Part shown: in pieces, positions 39,952 through 49,207 of the stretch | Position numbering within the stretch: position 1 is the stretch's first letter | Layout of the letters: every line of letters begins with the position of its first letter | Source of the DNA: Haliangiales bacterium | Lineage (GTDB): Bacteria; Myxococcota_A; Polyangia; Haliangiales; SHYZ01 | NCBI GenBank assembly: GCA_035259575.1 | Contig: DATFWE010000009.1 | Span: 29,800 to 93,799, forward strand | Length of the DNA stretch: 64,000 bases | Reading direction: 5' to 3' | Made by a program: the position numbers and the translations under genes | The notes under the pieces: model-generated | What the model saw: only the letters and a program-made list of their open reading frames with translations | Told to the model about the DNA's origin: nothing | The model's database searches: none

Positions 39952-41696
39952 CCTTTCTCCCCCAGCACCAGGCGGTGAAGCAGCGCCTCCTCGAGGCCCT
40001 GCGCGGTCTCGCCGATCTCGCCGGCGCCGCCGGCATGAAGACGCTCCGCGCCGACCTCGTCGAGACGCGCGTGCCCAAGCTCGAGGAGGAGCGCTTCCAC
40101 CTCGTCGTCCTCGGCGAGTTCAACCACGGCAAGTCCACGTTCGTGAACGCGCTCCTCGGCGCGGACGTCCTGCCTACCGGCATCACCCCCACGACCGCCA
40201 CGATCAACCACGTGGTGTGGGCGGACCGGCCCCGCGCCAAGGCGGTCTTGACCGGGGGCAAGGAGATCGCCGTCGATCCCAAGGCGCTCGCCGACTGGGT
40301 CACCGTCGACGGGAGCCACGCCGCCGAGACGCACTACGTCGAGGTGGGCTGGCCGGCCGCGTTCCTCGAGGACAAGCTCACGCTCGTCGACACGCCCGGG
40401 GTGAACGACCTCAACGAGCAGCGCGCCGAGATCACCTACGAGTACGTGCCGCGCGCCGACGCCGTGCTGTTCCTCCTCGACGCGGGGCAGGCGCTCAAGG
40501 AGTCCGAGCGCGCGTTCCTCGCCTCGCGCCTGCTCGAGCGCTCGCGCGACCGGATGATCTTCGTCGTGTGCAAGGCGGACCTGCTCACGCCCGAAGAGCT
40601 CGCCGACGTGGTGCGCTACGTCGAGGACAACCTCGGCCGCCTGGTCGACGATCCGCCCGTGTTCGCCGTATCCGCCCGCAAGCACCTCGCCGGCGACAGG
40701 GCGGCCGGGCGCATGGAGCCGCTGCTCCAGCACCTCGCCCGCTCGCTCACCGAGGACCGCGGGCGCGTCCTCCTCGACAACGCCGCCGCCGAGGGGCTCC
40801 GCGCCGCCGGGTACCTCAAGCAGAACCTCGGCGTCAAGCGCAGCGCGTTCGAGCTCAGCCTCGCCGAGCTCACCGAGCGGGTCGAGAAGGTCCGCTCGCA
40901 CCTCTCGGCCACGAAGGACAATCTCGAGCGCCTGCACGACAAGATCCGTTCCGAGGGCGACGCGATCAAGGCGCGCGTGCGCCTCGACGTCGAACAGTTC
41001 GCCGAACGCTTCCAGCGCGCCATCATCGGCGAGATCGACAAGGCCGACGCCCACGACGTGAAGCGTTACCTGCCGCTCTACATCCAGGACAAGTTCAAGG
41101 AGTGGGCCGAGCTCGAGGGCGAGGCCTGCGCCGAGCTGCTCGAGCGGCTGGCGGAGGAGGCGATCACCGTCACCAACGAGAACGCGCGCGCGGCCACGGC
41201 CGCGGTCGCCGAGCGGCTCGGGCCCACCGACGCGCGATTCCAGGTCGACGTCGATACGTTCCGCTACGACGTCTCGGTCTACGCCGTCGGCGCGCTGGGC
41301 ACCACCGTGTTCCTGTTCGTGAACACGCTGGTCGGGGGCGTCCTCACGCTCGCCGCGCCCATCCTGGCGATCGTGCTCCACTCGCGCGCCGCGGCCGAGA
41401 TCAAGGACCAGGCGATGGAGAAGGCGCCCGAGGCGATCCGCCAGGCGGCGGCGCTGATGCGCCCGCACTTCGAGCGGCTGGTGAACGAGTTCGTGACGCG
41501 CCTGGGCGACTTCGTGACCGCGGCGGGCGACAAGCTCTACCGCGGCATCACCGAGGTGCTCGACCAGGCGATCGCCGAGCGCCGCGCCCGCGGCGACGCG
41601 GTGGCGCCGCTGGCCGCCGAGGCCGAGGAGCAGATCGCGCGCCTGTCCGCCCTCGAGGAGGGGATCACCCAGCTCCGCGCCGATCTGTGGAAGTGA
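39948..41696 (+). CDS. Bacterial dynamin-like GTPase (BDLP) with hydrophobic paddle
   Basis: G1 GEFNHGKSTFVNALLG, G2/G3 ..TPTTA.. and LVDTPGVND, G4 CKADL. The stalk is helical. A hydrophobic membrane-insertion segment is YAVGALGTTVFLFVNTLVGGVLTLAAPILAIVL. The ATG overlaps the upstream TGA (ATGA). Confidence 0.85.
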   Translation: MTFLPQHQAVKQRLLEALRGLADLAGAAGMKTLRADLVETRVPKLEEERFHLVVLGEFNHGKSTFVNALLGADVLPTGITPTTATINHVVWADRPRAKAVLTGGKEIAVDPKALADWVTVDGSHAAETHYVEVGWPAAFLEDKLTLVDTPGVNDLNEQRAEITYEYVPRADAVLFLLDAGQALKESERAFLASRLLERSRDRMIFVVCKADLLTPEELADVVRYVEDNLGRLVDDPPVFAVSARKHLAGDRAAGRMEPLLQHLARSLTEDRGRVLLDNAAAEGLRAAGYLKQNLGVKRSAFELSLAELTERVEKVRSHLSATKDNLERLHDKIRSEGDAIKARVRLDVEQFAERFQRAIIGEIDKADAHDVKRYLPLYIQDKFKEWAELEGEACAELLERLAEEAITVTNENARAATAAVAERLGPTDARFQVDVDTFRYDVSVYAVGALGTTVFLFVNTLVGGVLTLAAPILAIVLHSRAAAEIKDQAMEKAPEAIRQAAALMRPHFERLVNEFVTRLGDFVTAAGDKLYRGITEVLDQAIAERRARGDAVAPLAAEAEEQIARLSALEEGITQLRADLWK

Positions 41697-41700
41697 AGGC

Positions 41701-44385
41701 ATGGGCTTCTGGGACCGCCTGTCGCGCCGTCTCGACGAGCTCAGCGAGGAGCTCCTCCCCGACGCCATCCGCGACGACGTGGGCGGCGCGCGGGAGATGG
41801 TCGCGCGCGGGGACTACGGCGCCGCCATCGCCACGCTCGAGCGCGCCCTGGCCCACAAGCCGGACCACGCCACCGCGCGATACCTCCTTGGCGTCGCGCG
41901 CCTGCGCACGGGCGACACCGTCGGGGCGATCGACGCGCTGGCGCGCGCGCGGGAGCTGCGCCCCGGATTCACCGAGGCGCTGATCGCGCTGGGGGAGGCG
42001 TCGCTGGCCAAGGGGGAGCCCGACGCGGCCATCCCGTTCCTGCGCGAGGCGCTCGCGGCCGGCGGCGCGGCCGAGGAGCTCGCCGACGCGTACCTCGCTC
42101 TCGGGCGCGCGTACCTGGCGAGCGGCGCGCGCGCCAAGGGCCTGCGCGAGCTGCGCAAGGCGCTCGCCGAGGACCCGGCCGACGAGGAGGCGGCGGCGAC
42201 GCTCGCCGAGGCGCTCCTCGACGACGACAAGCTCGACCCCGAGGAGGCGCGCGCGTTCTTGAAGGGCACGTCGCCGCCGGTGCTCGCCGCGCTCGGGCGG
42301 CTCGAGCTGCGCGCCGGCCGCTGGGAGGCGGCGGAGAAGGCGCTCGCGCGCGCGCTCGAGGGTATGTTGCCGCCGGAGGTGCGCCTGGCCGCCCTGGTCG
42401 GCCTCGGCGACGTGCTGGCGCGGCGGGGCGATCGGCGCGGCGCGCACGATGCCCTGCTCCGCGCGCTCGCGCTCGCCCCGCAGGACGCGTCGATCCACCT
42501 CCGGCTGGCGCGCGTCCTCGCCGCGGCGGCCAGCCCCGAGGCCGCGCTCGACGCCTACGAGCGCGCCGCAGCGCTGGGCGCGGACCCCGCCGTCCTGTCC
42601 GAGGCGTTCGACGTCGCGATGGCCGCGGGGCTCGCCGCGCGCGCCGCGGGCTACCTCGAGGGGGGGCTCGGCCCGCGCGAGCGCGCGCTCGCCGAGGCGC
42701 AGGCGGAGCTCGACGCCGACCCCGCCCGGGCGATCGCCGCCGCGCGCGCGCTCCTCGAAGATAACGCCGGCTACGCGCCCGCGGAGAAGCTCCTGCGCTC
42801 AGCGCTCGGCCGCGAGCTGGGCGACGGGCCGGCGGGCGACCCCTACGCCCTCGCCCAGCGCGTCCACCGCGTCGCCGCCCGCCGCTTCCCCGAGCTCGCC
42901 GGAGAGGCGCTGGCGATCGTCGAGTCGTACGACCGGCCGCTCCTCGTCACGGTGATGGGGGAGTTCTCGAGCGGCAAGAGCACGTTCGTGAACGCGTTCC
43001 TCGGCGCCGACGTCGCGCCCGTGGGCGTGACGCCGACCACGGCGACGATCAACGTCGTCAAGTACGGGCGCGAGCCCGGCGCGCGCATCGTCTACCAGGA
43101 CGACCGCACCCGCGACGTCCCCTGGGAGGAGGTGCCAGGCGTCCTCGGCGCGCTCGATGCCGACGAGGCGCGCCGCATCCGCTGGGTGGAGGTGCTCTAC
43201 CCCCTCGAGACGCTCGCCCGCGTCAGCATCGTGGACACCCCCGGGCTGAACTCGATCCTCCCCGAGCACGAGGCGACGGCGCGCCGGTTCATCGCCGAGG
43301 CCGACGCGATCGTCTGGCTGTTCACCGTCGGGCAGCCGGGCAAGGCGACCGAGCGCGAGGCGCTCGAGCGCATCCGCGCCGACGGCCGGCGCGTGCTCGG
43401 CGTCGTGAACAAGATCGATCAGGTGACGCCGGAGGAGGCCGAGGCGGTGACGGCGCATCTCCGCGCCGAGCTCGGCGAGCTCCTCGACGACCTGGCGCCG
43501 GTGTCGGCCCGGCGGGCGCTGGCGGCGCGCGAGGCCGGCGACGCCGCGGCGCTGGCCGCGGCCGGCTGGCCCCGCCTCGACGCGGCGCTCGAGGAGCGGT
43601 TCTTTCACCAGGCGCGCACCATCAAGCGCGACATCGCGCGCCGGCGCCTGGCGGGCGTCATCGAGCGCGCCCGCGGCGACGCGCGCGCCCGCGCCGACTC
43701 CGCCGGGGCGCGCGCCGCCGCGTTGGCCCGCGCGGCCAACGGCGCCCGCGCCGACGCGGCGCTCTTCGCCCGCGTCACCGTCCCCGAGGAGCGCCAGCGC
43801 CTGGCCGAGCGGGTCGCCGAGACGTACCGGGGCGCGGCCCGCGAGGTGCTCGAGCTGGTGCGGCCGCGCAAGTCGCCGTTCGGCTCTCACCGCGCGACCG
43901 GCGCGGACCGCGACTACCTCATCGGCTACCTCGACCGCGGCCTGGCCGAGGCGCTCGAGCCGATGCGCGAGCGCACCGTCGCCGATCTACACCAGGCCGG
44001 CGAGGCCGCCGCCGCCGCCGCCCCCGAGGCCGCCGCCGCGCTCCGCGCCCACGTGGAGGACGCGATCGCGCTGGTGGAGGCGCGCGCCTTCGACCGGGCG
44101 CGCGCCTACGTCCGCGGGTACCTGCGCGGCGGACGGATCGACGATTTCTTCGGCCGGGTCCTGCCCAAGGTCGAGCTCGTCACAGACAACGTGTACCATG
44201 CGCTGGTGAGAGACGCGCCCGATCTGGAGCTGGAGCTGGGAGCGCCGCTGGGGCGGCAGGGCGAGGCGGCGCTGCGCGCGCTCGCGACGCGCCTCGACGC
44301 GCTGGCGGCCGCGGCCGCGGCGGCGGCGCTGGAGGCCCGCGTCGTCGCCGACGCGGCCGACGCCTGGCACGAGGAGCTCGCGTGA
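41701..44385 (+). CDS. TPR-domain / dynamin-like GTPase fusion protein
   Basis: The N-terminal ~390 aa hold TPR-like repeats (..GDYGAAIATLERALAHKPDHATARYLLGVA..). The dynamin G domain follows with GEFSSGKSTFVNAFLG, IVDTPGLNS and NKID. The C-terminal stalk is helical with no hydrophobic paddle. Confidence 0.85.
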   Translation: MGFWDRLSRRLDELSEELLPDAIRDDVGGAREMVARGDYGAAIATLERALAHKPDHATARYLLGVARLRTGDTVGAIDALARARELRPGFTEALIALGEASLAKGEPDAAIPFLREALAAGGAAEELADAYLALGRAYLASGARAKGLRELRKALAEDPADEEAAATLAEALLDDDKLDPEEARAFLKGTSPPVLAALGRLELRAGRWEAAEKALARALEGMLPPEVRLAALVGLGDVLARRGDRRGAHDALLRALALAPQDASIHLRLARVLAAAASPEAALDAYERAAALGADPAVLSEAFDVAMAAGLAARAAGYLEGGLGPRERALAEAQAELDADPARAIAAARALLEDNAGYAPAEKLLRSALGRELGDGPAGDPYALAQRVHRVAARRFPELAGEALAIVESYDRPLLVTVMGEFSSGKSTFVNAFLGADVAPVGVTPTTATINVVKYGREPGARIVYQDDRTRDVPWEEVPGVLGALDADEARRIRWVEVLYPLETLARVSIVDTPGLNSILPEHEATARRFIAEADAIVWLFTVGQPGKATEREALERIRADGRRVLGVVNKIDQVTPEEAEAVTAHLRAELGELLDDLAPVSARRALAAREAGDAAALAAAGWPRLDAALEERFFHQARTIKRDIARRRLAGVIERARGDARARADSAGARAAALARAANGARADAALFARVTVPEERQRLAERVAETYRGAAREVLELVRPRKSPFGSHRATGADRDYLIGYLDRGLAEALEPMRERTVADLHQAGEAAAAAAPEAAAALRAHVEDAIALVEARAFDRARAYVRGYLRGGRIDDFFGRVLPKVELVTDNVYHALVRDAPDLELELGAPLGRQGEAALRALATRLDALAAAAAAAALEARVVADAADAWHEELA

Positions 44386-45083
44386 GGCCGCCGCGCGAGA
44401 TCATGACGCTCGGGCTCGACGAGGCCGGCCGCGGCCCGGTGCTCGGTCCCCTCGTCATGGCCGGGGTGTGCGTGCGCACGCGCGCGGCCGCGTCGATGAC
44501 CCGCGCGGGCGTCCTCGACTCCAAGGAGTTCGGCACCGGCGACGAGGCGCACGCGCGCCGCTCCGAGCTCGCCGCGCGCATCCGCGAGCTCGCCGCGTCG
44601 ATCGTCGTGCGGGTGATCGACGTGGCCGAGATCGACCGGCGCGTGCGCCTGCACGAGCTCAACGTGCTCGAGCGCGAGCACGCCGCGGAGATCATCGAGC
44701 GATCGAGCCCGGCCAAGCGCATCGTCGCCGACGGGGAGCGCATGTTCGCCGCGCTCAAGGTGCGCTTCCCCCACCTCGAGGCGCGCGACCGCGGCGAGTC
44801 CTGCCACGTCGCGGTGGCCGCGGCGTCCATCATCGCCAAGGTGCGCCGCGACGAGCTGTTCCACTGCATCCGCCGCCGTTACGAGCCGGAGTTCGGCCCC
44901 ATCGGCGGCGGCGGCTACGAGAACGCGCGCACGCACGCGTTCCTGCGCGCCTACGTGTGCCGCTACGGCCGCCTCCCGCCCGAGGCGCGCCGCTCGTGGA
45001 GCTGGGCGAACGTCGACTACCTGCCGCGCGGCTACAGGCCTCTCGCCGACCTGCCGCCGGTGGGGCAGCTGTCCCTGGTGTAG
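44382..45083 (+). CDS. rnhB: Ribonuclease HII
   Basis: ..LGLDEAGRGPVLGPLVMAGV.., ..DSK.., ..IVADG.., ..VAAASIIAKVRRD... The GTG start overlaps the upstream TGA (GTGA). Confidence 0.8.
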   Translation: MRPPREIMTLGLDEAGRGPVLGPLVMAGVCVRTRAAASMTRAGVLDSKEFGTGDEAHARRSELAARIRELAASIVVRVIDVAEIDRRVRLHELNVLEREHAAEIIERSSPAKRIVADGERMFAALKVRFPHLEARDRGESCHVAVAAASIIAKVRRDELFHCIRRRYEPEFGPIGGGGYENARTHAFLRAYVCRYGRLPPEARRSWSWANVDYLPRGYRPLADLPPVGQLSLV

Positions 45084-45093
45084 ACTTCCGCGC

Positions 45094-45951
45094 ATGGGCA
45101 ACGCCACCGTCGCGTTTTTCGGCGCGGGGATGATGGGGGCCGGCTTCGTCAAGGCGCTGCGGCGCCGCGGCGTGGACGTCGCGGTGTGGAACCGCACCAT
45201 CGCCAAGGCGCAACCCCTCGCCGCGGTCGGGGCGCGCGTCGCCGCGGACCCGGCGGCGGCCGCCGCCGGCGCGGCGCGCGCCCACCTGTCCCTCTCCGAC
45301 GACGCGGCGGTCGATGCGCTCCTCGAGCGCATCGTCGATGCGCTGCCCCCGGAGGCGCCGATCATCGACCACACCACCGTGTCCCCGGCGGGCGCCGCGG
45401 CGCGGGCGGCGACGCTCGCCCGCCTCGGCCGCCGCTTCCTCCACGCGCCGGTGTTCATGGGGCCGGCGCAGGCCGAGGGCGCGCAGGGGCTGATGCTGTG
45501 TTCGGGTCCGTCGGATCTCTACCAGTCGCTAGCCACGGAGCTATGGGCCATGACCGGCGAGGTGTGGTACATGGGCGAGGAGCCAGGGCGCGCCGCCGCC
45601 TTCAAGTTGTTCGGCAATGCGATGATCGTGACCATCGCGTCCGGGCTGGCCGACGTGTACGCCATGGCGCGGGCGCAGGGCATCACGCCCGAGGACGCGC
45701 ACGGCCTGTTCGCCAAGCTCCCCGTCGGCAAGCAGATCGACTTCCGCGGCGCCAAGATGGCGCGCGGCGATTTCGCCGCGTCGTTCGAGCTGGCCATGGC
45801 GCGCAAGGACGTCCGCCTCATGCTCGACGCGGCCGGCGGCTCGACGCTGGCCGTCCTTCCCGCGATCGCGGCGCGCATCGACGCGCTCCTCGCGGCCGGG
45901 CACGCGCGGCAGGATCTGGGCGTGCTCGCGGTGGACGCGGTGCGGCCCTAG
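45094..45951 (+). CDS. NAD(P)-dependent oxidoreductase, 3-hydroxyisobutyrate/6-phosphogluconate dehydrogenase-like
   Basis: N-terminal Rossmann motif VAFFGAGMMGAGFVKAL, followed by ..AAAFKLFGNAMI... The C-terminal domain is helical. Confidence 0.85.
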   Translation: MGNATVAFFGAGMMGAGFVKALRRRGVDVAVWNRTIAKAQPLAAVGARVAADPAAAAAGAARAHLSLSDDAAVDALLERIVDALPPEAPIIDHTTVSPAGAAARAATLARLGRRFLHAPVFMGPAQAEGAQGLMLCSGPSDLYQSLATELWAMTGEVWYMGEEPGRAAAFKLFGNAMIVTIASGLADVYAMARAQGITPEDAHGLFAKLPVGKQIDFRGAKMARGDFAASFELAMARKDVRLMLDAAGGSTLAVLPAIAARIDALLAAGHARQDLGVLAVDAVRP

Positions 45952-47675
45952 TACCCCTCCGCCCCGCCCCCGCGCCGCGGGTCGGGCGAGGCGGTCCACA
46001 GCTCGCCGCGCCGGACGATCGTCGGCGCGACGCCGACCGACCCGCCGACCTTGGTCGTGTGCCCCATGCGCTCGAGCGCGCGCACCGTGTCCGGCGGGAG
46101 CCCGTTCTCCTCCGTGAACAGGACGTCGGGCAGGTGCTGGTGGTGGACGCGCGGCGTCGCGACCGCCGTGTACGCGTCCATGCCGAAGTCGAGCGCGTTG
46201 GACATCACCTGAAACACGCCGGTGATGATGCGCGAGCCGCCGCGCGCGCCGGTCACCAGCACGACGCGCCCGTCGGGGCCGACGACGATCGTGGGCGACA
46301 TCGACGACAGCGGGCGCTTCCCCGGGCCGACGGCGTTCGCCTCCCCTTGCACCAAGCCGAAGATGTTGGGCGTGCCCGGCTTCACCGCGAAATCATCCAT
46401 CTCGTCGTTGAGGAGGAACCCCGCGCCCGCGACCGTGACCCCCGAGCCGTACAGACGGTTGAGGGTGTAGGTGAGCGCGGCCACGTTCCCCTTCTCGTCG
46501 ACGACGGCGAAGTGCGTCGTGTCGGTGCCCTCGCGAAAGCCCGGGCCGGTCCGGTCCGACGGTGTGGCCTTGTTGAGATCGATCGTCTCGCGCCGCCGGG
46601 CGGCGTACGCGTCGGACAGGATGGTGTGGTTCCACGGCACGAAGTCGGGATCGCCGAGGAGCGCGTTGCGATCGGCGTAGGCGCGGCGCATCGCCTCCGC
46701 GACGAGGTGGATGTGCTCGACGGAGTGCCACCCCAGCGCCGCAAGATCGTACCCCTCGAGGATGTTGCCGATCTCGGCGAGCGCGATGCCTCCCGACGAT
46801 GGCGGCGCCATGGAGATGACGTGGTTCTTGCGGTAGTCGAACTCGATCGGCTCGCGCCACTTCGCCGAGTACGCCGCGAGGTCCGCGCGCGTGATGAGCC
46901 CGCCGCCCCGCGCCATCTCCGCGGCGACGAGATCGGCCGTCTCGCCCCGGTAGAAGCCGTCGGGCCCGCGCTCGGCGATGCGCCGCAGCGTGCGCCCGAG
47001 GTCGGGGTTCACGAACGTCGCCCCCACCTGCGGCGGCGCGTCGTGCGGCCAGTACAGCGCCGCCGACGCGGCGTAGCGCTGCATGTCCTTGCCCTCGTCG
47101 GCGATCGACGCGTGGAACCGTTCGGTGACGGGGAACCCCTCCTCCGCGATGCGGATCGCCGGCGCGAGGAGCTCCGCCCACGGCTTGGTGCCGAGCCTGC
47201 GGTGAAGCTCCCACAGGCCGGCGACCGTGCCCGGCACGCCCGCGCTGCGCGGCCCGTACACGGAGTCCTTGGTCGGCGTCCCGTCGGGACCGAGGTACAT
47301 GTCGCGCGTCGCCGCGGCCGGCGCGGTCTCGCGGAAATCGAGTGCGTAGGTCTTGCCGTCGCCGGTGCGGACGACGGCGAATCCGCCGCCGCCGAGGTTC
47401 CCCGCCACGGGATAGGTGACGGCGAGCGCGAACGCGGTGGCCGTCGCGGCGTCGACCGCGTTGCCGCCGGTGCGCAGGACCTCGATGCCCACGTGCGTGG
47501 CGAGCGGCTCCTCGGTCACGATGATCGCGTGGGCGCCGGTGGCGACCGCTCCCGTGACCGGGAAGCGCCAGCCTGCCGGAACCGTCGGGACGGCCGTCGC
47601 GGCAGGCGTCGCGCTGGGCGTCGGGCGCTGGCAAACCGCAAGGGCGAGGAGGACGAGGGGCGCGAACCGGCGCAT
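45948..47675 (-). CDS. ggt: Gamma-glutamyltransferase
   Basis: The start MRRFAPLVLLALAVC is at 47675. ..GGNAVDAA.., ..GGGGF.., the autoprocessing/nucleophile context GTDTTHFAVVDEKGN, and ..MDDF... The upstream 86 codons of the track ORF are junk. Confidence 0.9.
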   Translation of the reverse strand: MRRFAPLVLLALAVCQRPTPSATPAATAVPTVPAGWRFPVTGAVATGAHAIIVTEEPLATHVGIEVLRTGGNAVDAATATAFALAVTYPVAGNLGGGGFAVVRTGDGKTYALDFRETAPAAATRDMYLGPDGTPTKDSVYGPRSAGVPGTVAGLWELHRRLGTKPWAELLAPAIRIAEEGFPVTERFHASIADEGKDMQRYAASAALYWPHDAPPQVGATFVNPDLGRTLRRIAERGPDGFYRGETADLVAAEMARGGGLITRADLAAYSAKWREPIEFDYRKNHVISMAPPSSGGIALAEIGNILEGYDLAALGWHSVEHIHLVAEAMRRAYADRNALLGDPDFVPWNHTILSDAYAARRRETIDLNKATPSDRTGPGFREGTDTTHFAVVDEKGNVAALTYTLNRLYGSGVTVAGAGFLLNDEMDDFAVKPGTPNIFGLVQGEANAVGPGKRPLSSMSPTIVVGPDGRVVLVTGARGGSRIITGVFQVMSNALDFGMDAYTAVATPRVHHQHLPDVLFTEENGLPPDTVRALERMGHTTKVGGSVGVAPTIVRRGELWTASPDPRRGGGAEGY

Positions 47676-47716
47676 CGCGCCCAAACATAGCACCCTGTTA
47701 GCGTTGCGCCGGCGCG

Positions 47717-49207
47717 TCAGTGCGCGGCCTTGTTCTCGTTCTTCTCCGCGGCGTCGACGTTGTCGTTGAGACGCGGCGCGGACTGGGCCGGCGCCGGTGC
47801 CTTCTTGACCGCCTTCGCGCGCTGCTGCTGGTCCATGCATCCGCGGAACGCCGGGTCGCCCGCGACGTTCTTCTGGAAGTACGTGGGATCGACGCGCGAG
47901 ATCTTGTCCCGCAGCGCCAGCGCCTCGGGGCACGCGCCCGCGCTCGCCTGCTTGCGCGCCTGCTGGTGAAGCTCGGCGGACTGCGACGGCGGCGACGGCT
48001 TCGCCGGCGCCTGCTTCTGCTCGTATTGCTTCGGCGCCTGGTTGGCCGCGGCCTGCGTTTTCTGGTTGGCCGGCGCCTCGGGCTCAGCGTTCGCCGTCTG
48101 CAGCGCCTTGGGCGGTGGCGGCGCCGGCTCGGGCGCGGGCGCCGCCGGCGCCGCGGCCGCGCGCCGATCGCCCGTGGGCGCGGCGCCACCGACGGTACCG
48201 GCCTTGCGCTGCTCCGTCTGGGCGAGGTCGTTCGCGGGCGCTTGCTGCGCCCCGCGCGACTCGAGGCCCTTCTGCCCCTCCTGCGTCGGCGCCGGACGGT
48301 CCGCCGGCGCGCGCGTCGCGAGCTTCCCTTCTTTGGTCGCGTCGGGCACGGTGATCTCGCCGGTCACGGTCTGGGCGCGTTCCAGATCGTCGGCGTGTTT
48401 CGCGTCCCCGCCCTTGCCGCCGGCGGTGTCCTTGTTGGCGAGATAGCCGTCCTCCGTCTTGTACCGCGACGGCGCCACGGTCTTGTCCGCTGCTGCCTCG
48501 CGGAGCGACTTCTCCTCGCGCGGCGTGCTGGTGCGCCCGGTCCGATCGGGCCGGAGCTTGGCGTCCCGGGTATCGGCTAGACCGTCGATGTCGGTAGACG
48601 CCCGGAACTTCGTCGCGACGGTCTTCGACTTCGCCACCGGCGCCGGAGCGACGGCCGGCGTGGCCCCCGGCTTGGCCTCCTCCGCCTCCGGCGGCGCCGC
48701 GGCCACGACGGGTTGATCGAAGCGGCCAGCCTCCTTCGCCTTGTCCGACTCTCCGGCGCGCGCGCCCTCGTCGGCCGGGCGGACCGGCTCCGCCTTCGAC
48801 GCGGTCGTGACCCCGGCCGGGGCCATGCCCTTGTCGCGCCTGAGCGTGAGCACGCTCGCCAGCCCGGCCACGAGCAGCACCGACGCCGCCGCCCCGACCC
48901 AGGCCGGGTGGCGCGCCAGCGGCGCGAAAAACTCCCTCAGGCGGGCGAGGATCCCGACGCGCTCCTCCGCGACCTTGGGCGCGCGCCGCGCGGCCTCGTG
49001 CAGCAGCCGCGCGGAGACCGCCGGCGACGGCTCAAGCTGGGGGATCGCCCGCAGCGCCTGCCGGGTGCGCGCCAGGCTCGCCAGCTCGGCCTCGCAGCGA
49101 GCGCAGTCGTGCACGTGCTCCTCGAAGGCCTTGGCCTGGGGCTCCCCGAGCTCCTGGTAGAGAAAATCCACCATCAGCTCGTCTATGTCGCGGCACTGCA
49201 TCATCAC
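47717..49207 (-). CDS. Anti-sigma factor (zf-HC2) with one TM and a long low-complexity periplasmic region
   Basis: The N-terminal zf-HC2 pattern is ..HVHDCARCEAEL... TM segment WVGAAASVLLVAGLASVL. The start overlaps the sigma-factor stop (GTGATGATG). The C-terminus has Cys pairs (ACPEA..FRGC). Confidence 0.75.
   Translation of the reverse strand: MMMQCRDIDELMVDFLYQELGEPQAKAFEEHVHDCARCEAELASLARTRQALRAIPQLEPSPAVSARLLHEAARRAPKVAEERVGILARLREFFAPLARHPAWVGAAASVLLVAGLASVLTLRRDKGMAPAGVTTASKAEPVRPADEGARAGESDKAKEAGRFDQPVVAAAPPEAEEAKPGATPAVAPAPVAKSKTVATKFRASTDIDGLADTRDAKLRPDRTGRTSTPREEKSLREAAADKTVAPSRYKTEDGYLANKDTAGGKGGDAKHADDLERAQTVTGEITVPDATKEGKLATRAPADRPAPTQEGQKGLESRGAQQAPANDLAQTEQRKAGTVGGAAPTGDRRAAAAPAAPAPEPAPPPPKALQTANAEPEAPANQKTQAAANQAPKQYEQKQAPAKPSPPSQSAELHQQARKQASAGACPEALALRDKISRVDPTYFQKNVAGDPAFRGCMDQQQRAKAVKKAPAPAQSAPRLNDNVDAAEKNENKAAH

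Noticed and set aside
39663-41768. 701-aa minus-strand ORF, and similar long antisense ORFs at 28087-29988(+), 52719-55118(+), 58910-60874(+) and 61146-62981(+)
   Set aside because: Each lies opposite a gene with clear family motifs (BDLP, J-domain protein, response regulator, mnmE, yidC). Each has the Arg/Leu/Gly/His-rich composition of GC-rich antisense frames.
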